From: Octopus sinensis
Lineage: Eukaryota
Assembly (NCBI RefSeq): GCF_006345805.1
Contig: NC_043003.1
Location: 80,290,001 to 80,354,000, forward strand
Length of the DNA stretch: 64,000 nucleotides
Direction of reading: 5' to 3'
Shown: positions 50,940 through 64,000 of the stretch, piece by piece
How the letters are laid out: each line of letters begins with the position of its first letter
Position numbering within the stretch: the first letter of the stretch is position 1
The notes under the pieces: model-generated
Seen by the model: only the letters and a program-made list of their open reading frames with translations
Told to the model about the DNA's origin: nothing
The model's database searches: none
Translations under genes and position numbers: made by a program

Positions 50940-51372
50940 CTTTTAATTTTGGCACAAGGACTTCAGTATTGAGGGAAGGAAGACGTGAAGTACATCTAAA
51001 CCAGAGCTCAACCGGTAACCACTCTATCGACCACGTAGTGTTGAAATTTTAAATCAAAACGTAAATACCTATTTCTTTACTACCCACAAGGGGTTAAACG
51101 CAGAGGGGACAAACAAGGACAGACAAACGGATTAAGTCGATTGCATCGACCCCAGTGCGTAACTGGTACATATTAAATCGACCCCGGAAGGATGAAAGGC
51201 AAAGTCGACCTCGGCGGAATTTGAACTCAGAGCGTAACGGCTGACGAAATACGTCTACGCATTTCGCCCGGCGTGTAAACATTTATGCCAGCTCGCCGCC
51301 TTTTCTAGCTCGCCGCCTTCAAAGCGTAAATACCGTTAAGTATTTTTCTGGCAGGCTAACGATTCTCCAAGT
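50940..51372 (-). mobile_element. Young SINE (51070-51310) nested in an older SINE with ~16-bp TSD
   Basis: tcaaaacgtaaatacc on the left (ending ~51069) and tcaaagcgtaaatacc on the right (~51319-51335); the flanks are body and head remnants of the same family. Confidence 0.75.
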
Positions 51373-51538
51373 CAAATAATAATAATAATGGTTTCAAATT
51401 TTGGCACAGGGTCTTGATAGAATTACTAGTAAAATGATGACACTACAAATGGAGAAGTTGTGTCTATCACGACTGAGAGGAGGAAGAGGTCTTATTGTCA
51501 TATTAGCTGTGAAATGTGTGTGAAACCAGCTGAAAATA

Positions 51539-52108
51539 TTGGGTTGTCCAGAAAGTTCGTGCCGATTTTTAAAGGAAAGTAAAAGGTCAATAAATACTTG
51601 CCATTGCATTTTTAATCAACCAGATATGAAGCATTTTGTTGCATAATGCGTCTCCATCTTTTCTTTAACTTGAAAATATCCTCTTCCCAGAATTGCGGTG
51701 GTTTCATAGCAAAGAATTCATTAAAGTATCTTTTTACGTCATCCAAGGAATTGAAATTTTTACCATTAAGACTATTCTGCAGAGAGCTGAATAAGTGGAG
51801 ATCCAAAGGAGCAACATCTGGTGAATATGGAAGGTGGGGTAACACATCCCAGCCGAGCTGTAGCAATTTTTGTCTGTTTCCCAAAGCATCAAGTGCCGAA
51901 AATAAACTTTCTTATCTTCTATTTTAAAGGGTTACAGAATTAATACAGATTATATATAGGAACATAAAACTTCTTCCACGAAAAGATAGCTTAAACTGTG
52001 CTTTAAATGGAGGTGTAGTCAAATCCTATTTTATGGACACAACCATGGCCTAAAATAAGTCGAAATGCAAGCTACTATAAATCGGCACGAACTTTCCGGA
52101 CAACCGAA
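51539..52108 (-). mobile_element. Internally deleted mariner with both TIRs and TA duplication
   Basis: TA-ttgggttgtccagaaagttcgtgccgattt ... aaatcggcacgaactttccggacaaccgaa-TA; ORF LPHLPYSPDVAPLDLHLF (YSPDLAPSD motif). Confidence 0.92.
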
Positions 52109-52110
52109 TA

Positions 52111-52996
52111 ATATAGTATATAAAATATATAAAGAATGCAAAAGAGATATTGATGGAGCGTGTAAGAAAGTTAAACGCGCTAAGCAGTGATGAAGTAAAG
52201 CAAAATGGAAAAATTAAAGAAGACAAGATTTTATGACAGAGTGAAGAAATGGAAAGAAAAAAGGCATGGTTAATTACTACGGGAAATGGCTGAGACAGTT
52301 GAAATACAAAAGAGCTGGAAATGGACTAAGAAAGGTGACTTGAAAGTTGAAACTCAAGCTTTTATCTTGGCACCTCCAAAACAGTCACTGAGGACGAACT
52401 ATATCAAGTTTGATATTGACCTACTTTGTAGGTTGTGTGGTAAGATAGGTGAAACAATAAACCACATTGTTTGTGAATGTTAGAAGTGAGAAATGGTATG
52501 AACACCAACCGGAAGAAGTTGGTGAAAACTAACAATATATGATCTTGTGTGACGTGATCATTTCATCGTGGCTAGAAAACCCGACATGGTTACAGTAGTA
52601 AGGAAAAGAACCAAGCAATTATTGTAGATATTGCTTTACCTTGGGACCTAATAGTGGACGAGAAGGAAAGTGAGAAATTTGGGAAATATCAAGAACTGAG
52701 GAAGGAAATCAGGAAAAGATGGAAAACAAGACAGTTGGAAAGGGTACAGATTGTGGTTGGCGCGGTTGGAGCAGTTAGTAAAAAGGCTAGATACATGGCT
52801 TGAGAAGCCAGGAATAACCATCAATGTAGGACTGTTGCAGAAAACAGACTTGTTAGGAACAGCCAGGATTCTACGGAAGATGTTAAAACGTACAAGGAAA
52901 CGGAATGACTAAAAGGACCTTTGGCTATTCGATATGGTTCGCTCTGTGTTGGAATAGTGTCTGGTAGAGCAGAAGCGTAAAAAGAGATGCTGCTGA
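52111..52996 (+). mobile_element. 5'-truncated R4/Dong-like non-LTR retrotransposon (CCHC finger + restriction-like endonuclease)
   Basis: WKEKRHG...KSWKWTKKGDLKVETQAFILA...CRLCGKIGETINHIVCEC, KWYEHQPE, RKPD, K..KYQEL, IVVGAVG; ends in (CTA)n(TAA)n. Confidence 0.8.
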
Positions 52997-52998
52997 TT

Positions 52999-53070
<72 letters not shown>

Positions 53071-53087
53071 TTAATAATAATAATAAT

Positions 53088-53627
53088 ATCGCAGTGCCAG
53101 ACAGTGGCTCTCCTAACTGATTGCAAGTGTTATCATGTACATTGTTTTGTCTTGGTATAAAAGATGGGCTACAGCAAATATTCTGCTCAATACCATAGAT
53201 TTGCTTGTCAGTTGTGTGATCTTAACCAGTTGAGTATGTCCCTTAGTGACTGACGATATATGCATCTCTGACGACGAGCAGAAGTAGTTGGGGGAAGCAT
53301 CATAGCCGTGTGTTGAAAGGAGTTCTTAGAGGTTTGGATCATTCACCTGTGGAAACATGGGTGGCTCATTCAACATCATTAAACAATTTTTATTCAGGGA
53401 CCTTTTGAGCGGGATGGGCTACTCGACCAGAAGAAAATTCTAAGTGGGCCCCACTTGCAAGGTCATGCGATGTTTATCTTGATATGAGATCACAATGTCG
53501 CGCATATATGGTTGTGATGCATGTGCTTGGTGTACCTTTATCAGACGGGTAGTCATGATGGCTATACTGGCCTTCGTATATTTTACCCAGGTGTCAAATT
53601 TTCATGGCATGCACCGCTCTCTCACTC
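53088..53627 (+). repeat. ~540-bp non-coding interspersed repeat embedded in (TAA)n
   Basis: Reverse-complement similarity to 55386-55800 (atgtacattgttttgtcttggtata, gcaaatattctgctcaatacca, gggaagcatcatagccg, gggccccac); (TAA)n on both sides. Confidence 0.85.
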
Positions 53628-53654
53628 AATAATAATAATAATAATAATAATAAT

Positions 53655-54055
53655 AATCCTTTCTACTATAGGCATAAGGTCATAAATTTTGGGGGAGGAG
53701 CCGTTGAGTGCATCGACCCCAGTGCTTAGCTGATACTTGTTTTACATCGAACCTGAAAGGATGAAAGGCAGCGTCGACTTCTGCGGAATTTGTACTCAGA
53801 ACGCCAAAACGGACGAAATGCCGCTACGCATTTTGTCCGGTGTGCTGACGATTCTACCAGCTTACCGCCTTATAATAATAATAATAATAATCATAATGGT
53901 TTCAGATTTTGGCACTTAAGTCAATTACATTGCTCAACTGGCACTTACTCAATAATCCCCGAAAGGACGAAAGCGATGAAGACCTCGGCAGAATTAGAAT
54001 TTAGAACATAAAGACGGAAGAAATGTCGCTAAGTGTACTTACGATTCTGCTTGTC
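53655..54055 (-). mobile_element. Two older SINE copies with an alternative (ATT)n-ending tail
   Basis: Body aaaggatgaaaggc / cggaatttg shared with the 18743 family; tails ...cctatagtagaaaggattatt and ...gtgccaaaatctgaaaccattat. Confidence 0.7.
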
Positions 54056-54058
54056 CAC

Positions 54059-54094
<36 letters not shown>

Positions 54095-54097
54095 GTA

Positions 54098-54143
<46 letters not shown>

Positions 54144-55385
54144 GTATTCTTCTTCTTCTTCTTCTTCTTTTTTCTTCTTATTGTTGTTGTTATTATTATT
54201 ATAGTGCAGTTAATTATTACAATAGAAAGATAAACATAAGGGGAAAATGAGAGGTTTGGGTATAGACATTATGGTTGTAATGAAAATGAATGATCGATAA
54301 TATAACAAAAAAAAAAGAATAAATTTTGAACTGTGGAGGGTAGAATGGATAAATTCATAAAAGGAAAATACAAAGGTGAATAAGTGACAGAGTAGGTAAG
54401 GGTGAATGATTAAAAGTCTAAAGGTTAAAATGGTTTAAAAAAGGTTGTGCATTTTATTACAAGGGATAGGACAGAAATGGTGTTTCTTAGAATTTTCAAT
54501 TGTTTGTTGAGTATGGCAGGTCAGTAGTTTTATGTATGGAGGAGGGTAAGAAACAAAATAGATCATAAATGGTGAATGGGAAACTCGAAGAATTAGAAAC
54601 AACAAATGAGAAAAGTAAGAGGAACTAAGAGGGCGTTTGCAGTTATTGGGGAGAAATTTAAAGTTAAAAGGAATTTTGGAAAATATCGAAATATGGAAAC
54701 TTTTGGGTAAAATGTATGGACGTAAGAAACAGACTAAAAATATGAAAGAAAACTTCTAATCAATATGTAACAAATGTACACTTCGTTAAATAATTAAAAA
54801 CCGCCAGTCACAGGATTACGGTTGATGTTGTTACCCTTTCCCATAAGTTCTGCTGTTGGTTGTCCTTCCGCTACGGCGAGATAGAAATTTGCAATTTACG
54901 GTAATTTGATCCTTGTTCCTATACCTGTGCTTATAAAATAAGCAAATTACAAACCTTGACAAAGAGGTTGCTGATAGAACAAGGAAATATCTTGATTACA
55001 TAAACTTATCGTTCATCGAAGACGTCTCAACCTGGCCTATGACATTCGAAGAGAAAACTTACGTGGGCGATAAAGGACAACCTATAAGATAATGACCAAA
55101 GACCTATGGTTATGAAATTCATTTCTTTGATGGAAATAGAAGCAGTTGATATATCTCAAAATAATTCGATATATTAATGTCCCGAAGAATATTATGAAAA
55201 TGACTTGCTATGATCTAGAAAATTCGATTCTAAATCATGTTGCTCCTTCAGATAAACTGATATTAGCCGAAAGAACAAAATTCTTCTCCACTGTACAACC
55301 GCTCAATGAATCAATTTCTTTCAAATCTGTGGCATGCCAGTGAATACTGCGATTTGAAAATCCAAATACCTCCGAAACGCCAGGA

Positions 55386-55797
55386 ACATGGTGATCTCAT
55401 ATCAAGATAAACAGCACAGGACCTTGCAGGTGGGGCCCAGTTAAATTTTTTTTCAGGTTGAGTAGCCCATCTCACTTAAAAGGTACCTGAATAAGGGTTG
55501 TTTAAGGATGTTGAATGAAACACCCATGTTCCCAGAGATGAATTATTCAAACCCCAAAGAATTCCTCTCAACACATGGCTATGATGCTTCCCTCACTACT
55601 TCTGCTCGTCATCAAATATGCACATATCATCAGCCGCTAAGGGACATGGTCAACTGGTTAAGGTCAAACAACTGAGAAGGAAATCTGTGGTATTGAGCAG
55701 AATATTTGCTGTAACCCATCTGTTATACCAAGACAAAACAATGTACATGATAAAACTTCCAATTGATTAAGATCAGGGTACTGTATCAGGGCATTTG

Positions 55798-55800
<3 letters not shown>
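55386..55800 (-). repeat. Second, inverted and truncated copy of the 540-bp repeat
   Basis: See 53088-53627; abuts (TTA)n at 55801-55960. Confidence 0.85.
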
Positions 55801-55846
<46 letters not shown>

Positions 55847-56288
55847 CATTATCATCATCATCATCATTATTATTATTATCATTATTATTATTATCATTAT
55901 TATTATTATTATTATTTTATTATTATTATTATTATTATTATTGTTATTATTATTATTAACAGCAACAAGTTTATGCTCCTTTCATATTATACAACCATGC
56001 TGTAAAACAATACCCACGTAAAAACCTTGGAAATGAAACATTCCGGATATCGATGTAACGATTCCAACAGACAAGCTACCTGTTGAAACATGCACACACA
56101 CACACACACACACCACACACACACACACTCATTTATATGCATATATTCAAATATCCCTATGTAGGTATATATATGTTTATATATATATATATATACACAT
56201 ACACACATACACACATTTTACATATATATCTTTATAGCTATAAATAAATAAATAAATACATAATATATATATATATATATCTATATAT

Positions 56289-56320
<32 letters not shown>

Positions 56321-57199
56321 ACCACCTATGTATCTACGCGCTCGCGCACGCACACAAGCACATATGAAGGAACTGGAATCACTTAAACGAAAATACAATA
56401 TCGACATCACACGTAATGGAATGTACACATAAGCAACCAAAATATAAATAAAATGATACTGACACGGTAAATCACGAAAATATACCGAACACGTGCAAAG
56501 GAAGTATAACAAAACAAAACCATAAAACACCTACAGTATACTAACCAAGACAAACTGAACCAGACCAACACGAACACAATATAATGTAAAGGAAATGTGT
56601 AGATGAACACTTCAGAATAGGAAATTCTAAACGTGGAGGAAATCATAAGCATGACAATCTAGAGGTGGGAATTATTAACAAACGAGAGAAAAATCAAACA
56701 CAAGAGCTTCCTCTCTTCCAACGAAATAAAACCTCACCAAGAATAAAAGATAACGTTAAAAAATAGCAGCAGTAATGGAAATCGCAATCCTTGCAATAAC
56801 AGAGTTAATGAAAACAGAAACGAACACGAGTATCTGCAGGTTAAACGAAATATTATATATACAGTAGAAAATGTAGTTATAACGGGATATGTGTATTTCC
56901 GCGGATCAAATCATATACGAATAACAAAACCCAGCATGGAAATCAAATTTATAGAGAAGTGTGGTATCTACGAGAAAAAAGATCTCTCAAATTTTATTGA
57001 AAGCAATAGCTAAACAACACAAGGGAAAACAGGTTGACAAAAACAAATATACATAGACTTAACAGAAGAGACCTTTCCTAAATTGCAGTGAATCTGTTGC
57101 AATATGAAAGCGGCAGAAATTATTCTTTCAACGAAACATACAACTTGAGCTCAATCGCAAACGACCCTTTACCTTAAAGAACTACCTAATTATTAATTA

Positions 57200-58464
57200 T
57201 CAGATCATTAAGAATGAAGTATCCAAGTTTCTTATACACTAACTTTCACCGTCTATAATCCTGTTTTATCCAGTCAATTATTTGTGTTACAACATTGATG
57301 AGTTACATCACCGCTTTTCGAAATGCAGTTAATGGTGTATGATTATATAATGAATTATCTCTTGTAAATCAATTTTTGTGAACCCATGGATAGATAAAAA
57401 AATTCGTGTTGTTTATGAATATGGGTGTAACCAATACATTTCGGTCAGCTCGAAACATTAATGAGGTGTTTGGTGAAGATGTGGCAATTGAGCGCATTGT
57501 GCGTCGATGGTTTGAGAAGTTCCGGTCTGGTGACATTACTCTTGAAAATCAGCCCCATGGTAGACCAAAGTTCAAGGTAGATAATGATGAGCTGGAAACT
57601 GTAATGGAAGCAGATGCATCTCAAACTATGCATGAGTTAGCAGGAAGGTTTGATGTTTCGATTCCATTTGTATTGCATCATCTGAAACAGATCGGCAAGC
57701 TAAAGAAGCTGGACAAGTGAGCACTGCACGAACTGAACGAGCAACAAATGACACGCCGCCTTGAAACTTGCTGATCTATACTGTCGCGGCATAAAAGCGA
57801 ACTAGTTTTGCATCGTATTGTTACATGTGAGGAAAAATGGATTCTTTTCAACAATAGGAAGAGTTCTGCACGGTGGTCGGATTGAGACGAAGTGCCCAAA
57901 CACAATGCAAAAATGAATATTCACCACAAAATGCTAATGATGTCAGTTTGGCGGTCTAGCGCTTGTGTCTTCCACTACAGTTTCATGAGACCTGGTAAGT
58001 CAATTATAGCGGATGTATACATCAACTAATCGAATAAGATGATGAGTGAACTTAATTAACAACCGAGTTCGGTCTATAGAAAAAGGCCAATTCTCTGGGA
58101 GGAAAATGCTCGACGACATGTTGTCGAGAGAAGGCTACTCAATTTACAAGAATTGAACTTGGAATTACCCTGTCATCCACCATATTCACCAGACCGTGCA
58201 CCAATTGACTATCACGTTTTCCAGGCATTAGACAGCTTTTGAAAGGAAAACAAACTGAAGAAGATGCAAAAACAACTTTTCGTGATTTCATCACCTCTTT
58301 CTCTGCAGAATTATTCGCTGCCGGCATAAACAAACTATCAATAAAATGGCAAAATTGTGTTGATAATTTAGATGCATAGTTTGATTCACTGCATTGCTTT
58401 TTGTTGAGATAAGGTAAAATAAATTTTTAGTTAAAAATCGGACATTTCATTCTTAATGACCTGT
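57200..58464 (+). mobile_element. Full-length (1265 bp) degenerate mariner with TIRs and TA duplication
   Basis: TA-tcagatcattaagaatgaag ... atttcattcttaatgacctgt-TA. RSARNINEVFGED...VRRWFEKFRSGDITLENQPHGRP (HTH), HRIVTCEEKW, YSPDRAPIDYHVF. Confidence 0.92.
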
Positions 58465-58469
58465 TAGAA

Positions 58470-60300
58470 ATGAACAGCAAGCGAAAGAGAATTTGTGGAA
58501 GGAGTACGAGTAGTAAACGAATCGCAACAAAGAAGATTAATCAAAACACAGACCATAAGATCCTGTATCATTACAAGAAGTGGTTAACAGCTACAAAAAT
58601 ATGACAACCGCAAAACAGTAAACCCTAAAATCTAATCACCTATCTTCCTGCACCTTACAAGTCATCATTTGCAATAATATTGCAAAGCACAAATATTTGG
58701 AAAAGAAAAAAAATCAAAGGATATTCTTCTGATTAGAAGAGATGCTGCAAAGGCTAACGTGGTTATTATGCTACGGTCCTTATCAGCAGACATATATGAA
58801 GATTATAAGCATGAGAAATAACAACAAATGGCGGCGAGTAACTAGTAGAATGATTTAGACTGCATGTTTATCACGCGTACTCTGTAAACATTGGTCATTG
58901 AGAAGTTGACACGTAGAAGGCAGATGCATTAAACATAAAGGAAACATATAATTGATGGTATTATGTAACCTATACCCCCTACTGCAGAATATAGAATTCA
59001 AAAGGACTTCCTCTGTGTGTCGCTTTATTGTTTGGTGCTAACACCTTCAACCAATATGTTAAACGGCATTAATATGTTAAACTTTCACACAAATGTTATG
59101 ATAGGTAACACGATCATATTTTACATATGGTCGACTTTAAGTTGTACTATACAGATGATAAAAAAAACCCCACCAAATAGAGTAGTGCAAACATTATATG
59201 ATATTACAAGCGGAATTGATGTTCGAAATAGATTTTAAAAATTCGCAGTGGAAAACATGGAAAGAGTTAAGGTCTTGCGAAAATAGAAACTATTACAAAA
59301 CACCACAGTAGAAATAAAACATATCTTGTAAAGAATGATGGAAATGCTAATACAAGTAAAAACACGAAGTAGGAAGCAAATAAATTTGTTGATGTGACAG
59401 ATAGTTTTAGCGAAAGACGGGAAACAAGAGTGTAAATTATGAGAATTCTCAGAAATAATCTAAAATGGCACTAGAGAATGACAGCTTAAAGTGCTTGTAA
59501 GAAAGGGCCTTCATGTACGAAGAAAATATTGTTTATATACAAGAAGAAAATATTGTTTATATAAAACAAGGAAATATTCATATACAGAAAATATAACAGC
59601 AACTCTGGTTTGAAAACGCAGGGCTCAATATTGAGACTGAAGGATACCAGACTGTAACAAAGATTCAAATTCTTCCCTGTAGAAACAACCAAATGCAGGA
59701 AATTATGTGGAGAGAGAAAATATGCTATTAACTATAGTCTCCAGCCGCCAAAGTGTGCATAAATCTATAGGCAGTGACAGTTGGGATATTCAAAATAGCA
59801 ACACTATGATATACTAACGGATAATATGTGTTACATATACGAAAATATTATTTTAGGGAATGTTACATTTACCACAATACAGCATAGGTAAAACCCCACG
59901 AACAAGATCGAGGATAATTACTCAGATAGTTGTAAAGAAATACTGATAACAAAATTAGCTGCTAACAGAAGTATGCTTCACAGCATACGGTAATTTATTT
60001 GTGAAACAAGCGGTAGTTAACAAACACTGGGGAGTGAGCACAGAAAAATAATCCAATAATAATTGGTACCTTAGCAATTACACAAAATATTCATGCAAAT
60101 AAGCAAACAGGATGTACAATTATGCAGGATATACAGAAAATAAAAGTATTAACCACTGCACATATATATTACACAAAATACTTTGAATGTATCAGGAAAA
60201 AAAAACCTTTTCGTATATTTAAGCACAAAAAGCTGAAAAAGCACAACGGAAATAATTTAATAATATTAATTAAAAGCAATGCTAATAATAATAATTCCTG
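58470..60300 (+). mobile_element. Highly decayed R4/Dong-like LINE ORF (RT + CCHC)
   Basis: Remnants in the expected order: KRCCKG*RG (~58730), RIQKDFLCVSLYCLVLTP (58993; cf. GIFQGDSLSPLLFCLAL.P), HILHMVDFKLY (59115; cf. HLLYMDDLKLY), GLNIETEG (59621), KCRKLCGE (59691). Confidence 0.6.
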
Positions 60301-62224
60301 GCTATATGTGCATACTACCAAAAATACAAAAGGTTTATGAAAAAATTAGTAGAACGTAACATGTTGATGTCTGCATATACAATAAGTTGGACAGGCAAAA
60401 CGTAATACCTTATGAAAAGCAGATTAAATATTTAAATAATCTATATTCTTCGGCGTGTTACACTATGCACTCAAAGGGAAATAACCCCAACTTGACCTCG
60501 ATTGTTATTCTTACTCACTATTGTCGTCAGACCGGTAAGAGAGTGAAGTAGTACGGGGTGATCGAACAATTGCAAGTGAAGCAGAGAGGTTACAGCAGTC
60601 AGTGATAGAAGCCACGAGGAGCTTTGCTTAATATTTAATACATTTTTACTAACTCTATAAGTGATCTAACGCCTAAGTTTTCAATAACATTAATTTGCGG
60701 TCGCGTTCATTTTCATAAAAAAATCTTTAAAATATGACGATATATAAATGTGTGCATCAAAATAAAATACAAAAAATTATAAAACTTGAAATTTCCTCGG
60801 ATTCCAAATATTGATATTTACAAAATATGATTAATTGCACGTAGTCACTAATTAGACTGATCAATAATTAGACTTATTAACCGAAGGAAATAGGACTCAT
60901 GTTGTGATGGCAGAATTTTTACAACAGTCATAAGCATCAGAAAGGAACAGCTACAAACAAATGGAATTCAGATCATTAACATGGTTTTCCTGGGATATAA
61001 ATTTTGCTCTTATTATCATTAGGATTTATCATTTGCATAGTTAAATTAAATACTTTATAAATTTCACGAAACCGAGTGTTATGCACTTTCATTTTGCATG
61101 GTGAAAGAATATTGTCGCTTCCTTGCGAAGTTTGTGTCAGGAGTCTGTATCAGTAACTACTGTCCATGAATTTACAGCAGAAGTCAAACACATTATTAAT
61201 TTTAGAATTTAATAAGTATTTGTCATATTTTAAGAGAATCGTGTTTCATACCAACATAATTTCTTTGCACGTTGTAGTATCTTGTTGCAAAATATATGTA
61301 GAGGTTTTAAATGCTGCTCATCACTTAAAATTCCTAGCGGCATTCCTTCTCCAATGCCTACTGATTTTCGAATATTCGAGATAGTATTCATTCTGTTATC
61401 ACCTGAGATATAAGTCTATGATTAGTATGTCTTTCATTTGAAATTGTTAGTGAGACTTTAATGATAAGTATTCTGTAATGTGGCTTCAAATAATTAGCAT
61501 TACAAAAATAATTACGCAGAAGTATCAAAACAGTGCAGATGGAGAAAAATCATGCTTCTAACTATAAATATACAATATTCATGGTTACTTTTACGTAATT
61601 CGATATGTTACCATGTGTACTACTTTTTTTTATTGTTTTTATCTCATTATTCTTCGCAGTTATTTTATTGTTCATCTCGAATATTGTTCGAGAAGTTACA
61701 TATTCTAAAGTTTTGAAAATGACATGTCATTAGTATTTCCTTTTTAGTTTTAAAGCATTTTAAATATATAATTTATCCTATCATATGTATTACACAATTT
61801 TTCGAACTCTCGTTATCTCCATCTACGCTATTATAAAGGTACCCTCGAGTGAGTATAGTTTTCAGTTATATAATTAATTCATAACCAAAGAATCCAAAAG
61901 AACGAAAATATTCCGTAAAGGGACAATTCTACTCTAATTTTCAGGTCATACGGTTTATTTATTCATTTGATTTTAATTTTCGTCTGGGTTTTCTTTTCTC
62001 TGAATATTTTTTTTAGTCCGGAACTTATATTTTTTTATGTAGTAACAAATATCTTATCATATTGGATTTCTCTGCTATTAAATTAGAGTAAATCTATTAA
62101 AAAAATCTGTGCATTGCATTGCACAGCCAAGTCTTAATAGATTCGTAGGGGATGCACTTGTGACATACGATTTATGTTATGCATATAAACCCGTCGGAGA
62201 CCAACATTCTGTGGGTCTAATCGC

Positions 62225-62235
62225 AACCAATTTTT

Positions 62236-62308
<73 letters not shown>
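62225..62308. repeat. (GA)n microsatellite
   Basis: Direct reading. Confidence 0.95.
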
Positions 62309-62312
<4 letters not shown>

Positions 62313-63349
62313 GAAGAGAGATATGCCCTAATCTTAATGTTGGAGGAATTCAAGTATTTGCTCTCTAGGAACTACATATTTTTTCGTGTATGACATTGTA
62401 TAGTATTAATAACACATATTACTCACGAAAAGGCATTGCGTAGGATTATACGCCTTATGTAGTGGCAGAGGGCTCTTTGTAGTAGTTTAACGCAGATACT
62501 ATTCTGATCAATGAATGATATGATGAAAAGAGGCCCAGCTGTAAATGCTCTTTCAGACAGGACTGTTCCAAGTATTATTATGTCGATGAATTGGATTATC
62601 TACCTGTTAAATTAAGGTAAATTTCGCACTTGTAATTATTGAGCTAACAATCGCGATGTACGACAATCATTGCAATATGTGATAAAAACGGACACTGGGA
62701 TTCTGTACAACTTTGTGGGTTACCAGAAAAATAGAGTTCCACGTTATTCTGAGCATTAGGGTTGCAGGTACATCTTCCGTATTGACAAGCATGTATCTTA
62801 GGTACTAGACTTACCTTACGTTCTAATACCCAAGAACAGTGGATTTCGAACACATTAATCAATGTTTATTGCATATTCCAAAGAGTTTAGCAATAGTTTG
62901 AAGCAAATTTGCTTGCTATGTCAGTGATATCAAGATGCAATGCAGAAACACTTGTGGGAGAGATTACATTTATACTTGTTTCAACTGTGAATTTTACCAC
63001 TTTAATCACCTTGTTTATTACTGTAGGAAGCTAATAATTGCAAGGAGTAGAGATGTTTATTTTGTTGTTTACATATCAACACTGACTCTTATTCACATTC
63101 ACCATATCAAACGAAATATTAGGAATACTATATTTTTAGTTAGTCAGAATTTCCAAATTTTGCCAGATAAAGTCGGAATTTCCTGATTCAGCAATATATA
63201 AAAATATTTTAGTATAACATACTACCTTTCCTTTCAGGTCCTAGGTATTTTGTGATAAAGAAATAAACTACAATTTCTTTTTTTCTTTTCTTCTGTGAAA
63301 GATATAACTGTTAGTATGTAAAGATGTGACCAGCGTCGGAAATGATGAT

Positions 63350-63398
<49 letters not shown>

Positions 63399-63507
63399 TG
63401 TGTGTATTTGTGTGAGTGAGTGTGTATGTATGAGGCTATGCATGTATGTGTGTACATAAATATACATAGATATGAATACACAGACATATATGAATATGTA
63501 AACATGC

Positions 63508-63566
<59 letters not shown>

Positions 63567-63903
63567 TGTAAACACACACACATGCATATATGTATGTAAG
63601 TATGTATATATGTATGTATATGTATATGTATGTGTGTATGTGAATTCCAAATTGGTCATCAAATCGCACCTTTCTATTTTCCTCGTTTTGTCTTCCGAAT
63701 ACTTTCCATTTAATTTAATTTAATTTTTCCATAAAGGGATTCCTCCTGAACATTAAATTCTTTTTCGTCTATTACCGTATCTAATTAGATTGTGCATTTT
63801 TTGTTGTTTTTACCCCCTTTTCTACGCTTTTTTCACTCTATTTTGCACGTATTATTTATCTTCACTCAGTTTCATTATCTCACACGTGTCATACTTAGAC
63901 ACA

Positions 63904-63936
<33 letters not shown>

Positions 63937-64000
63937 CACACACACACACACACACACGAACACACACAGACACACACATACCAAAATAGTTATGTGTTGT

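Noticed and set aside
56560-57190. A-rich segment with faint APE-like words (ILNV, IAIL)
   Set aside because: Too degenerate. The neighbouring relic is an RLE-type element, which lacks APE, so no assignment was made.
62400-63050. Cys-rich ORF 62644-62862 and nearby splice-like sites
   Set aside because: No recognisable domain spacing and no consistent exon phase on either strand.
3953-63989. Numerous I/Y/H/T/C-rich ORFs in the track
   Set aside because: They are translations of (TA)n, (CA)n, (GATA)n, (TAA)n and (GA)n microsatellites.

Overview
AT-rich eukaryotic genomic DNA rich in microsatellites and transposons. The tRNA-derived SINE families and repeat landscape look cephalopod (Octopus-like); this is inference from repeat content only. 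No host protein-coding gene could be identified with confidence. Most of the window is a TE graveyard: at least five Penelope-like elements (several with candidate type I hammerhead ribozymes), mariner, Tc1 and maT transposon relics, a non-autonomous Helitron, RTE- and R4/Dong-type LINE relics, and several tRNA-SINEs. The standout is a 10.2-kb head-to-tail array (37,675-47,922, minus strand) of six ~1.7-kb intronless units. Each encodes only a Tx1/L1-type ORF1-like protein (RRM-like x2, CCHC knuckle, charged linker, extra conserved C-terminal domain) and no reverse transcriptase or endonuclease. The units fall into three divergent subfamilies yet join at the same short motif. The array is flanked by an 18/20 direct repeat containing that motif, and each unit's 3' end matches the 3' tail of an abundant SINE in the window. 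Together this suggests a non-autonomous 'half-LINE' family that inserts repeatedly at one site (hypothesis).
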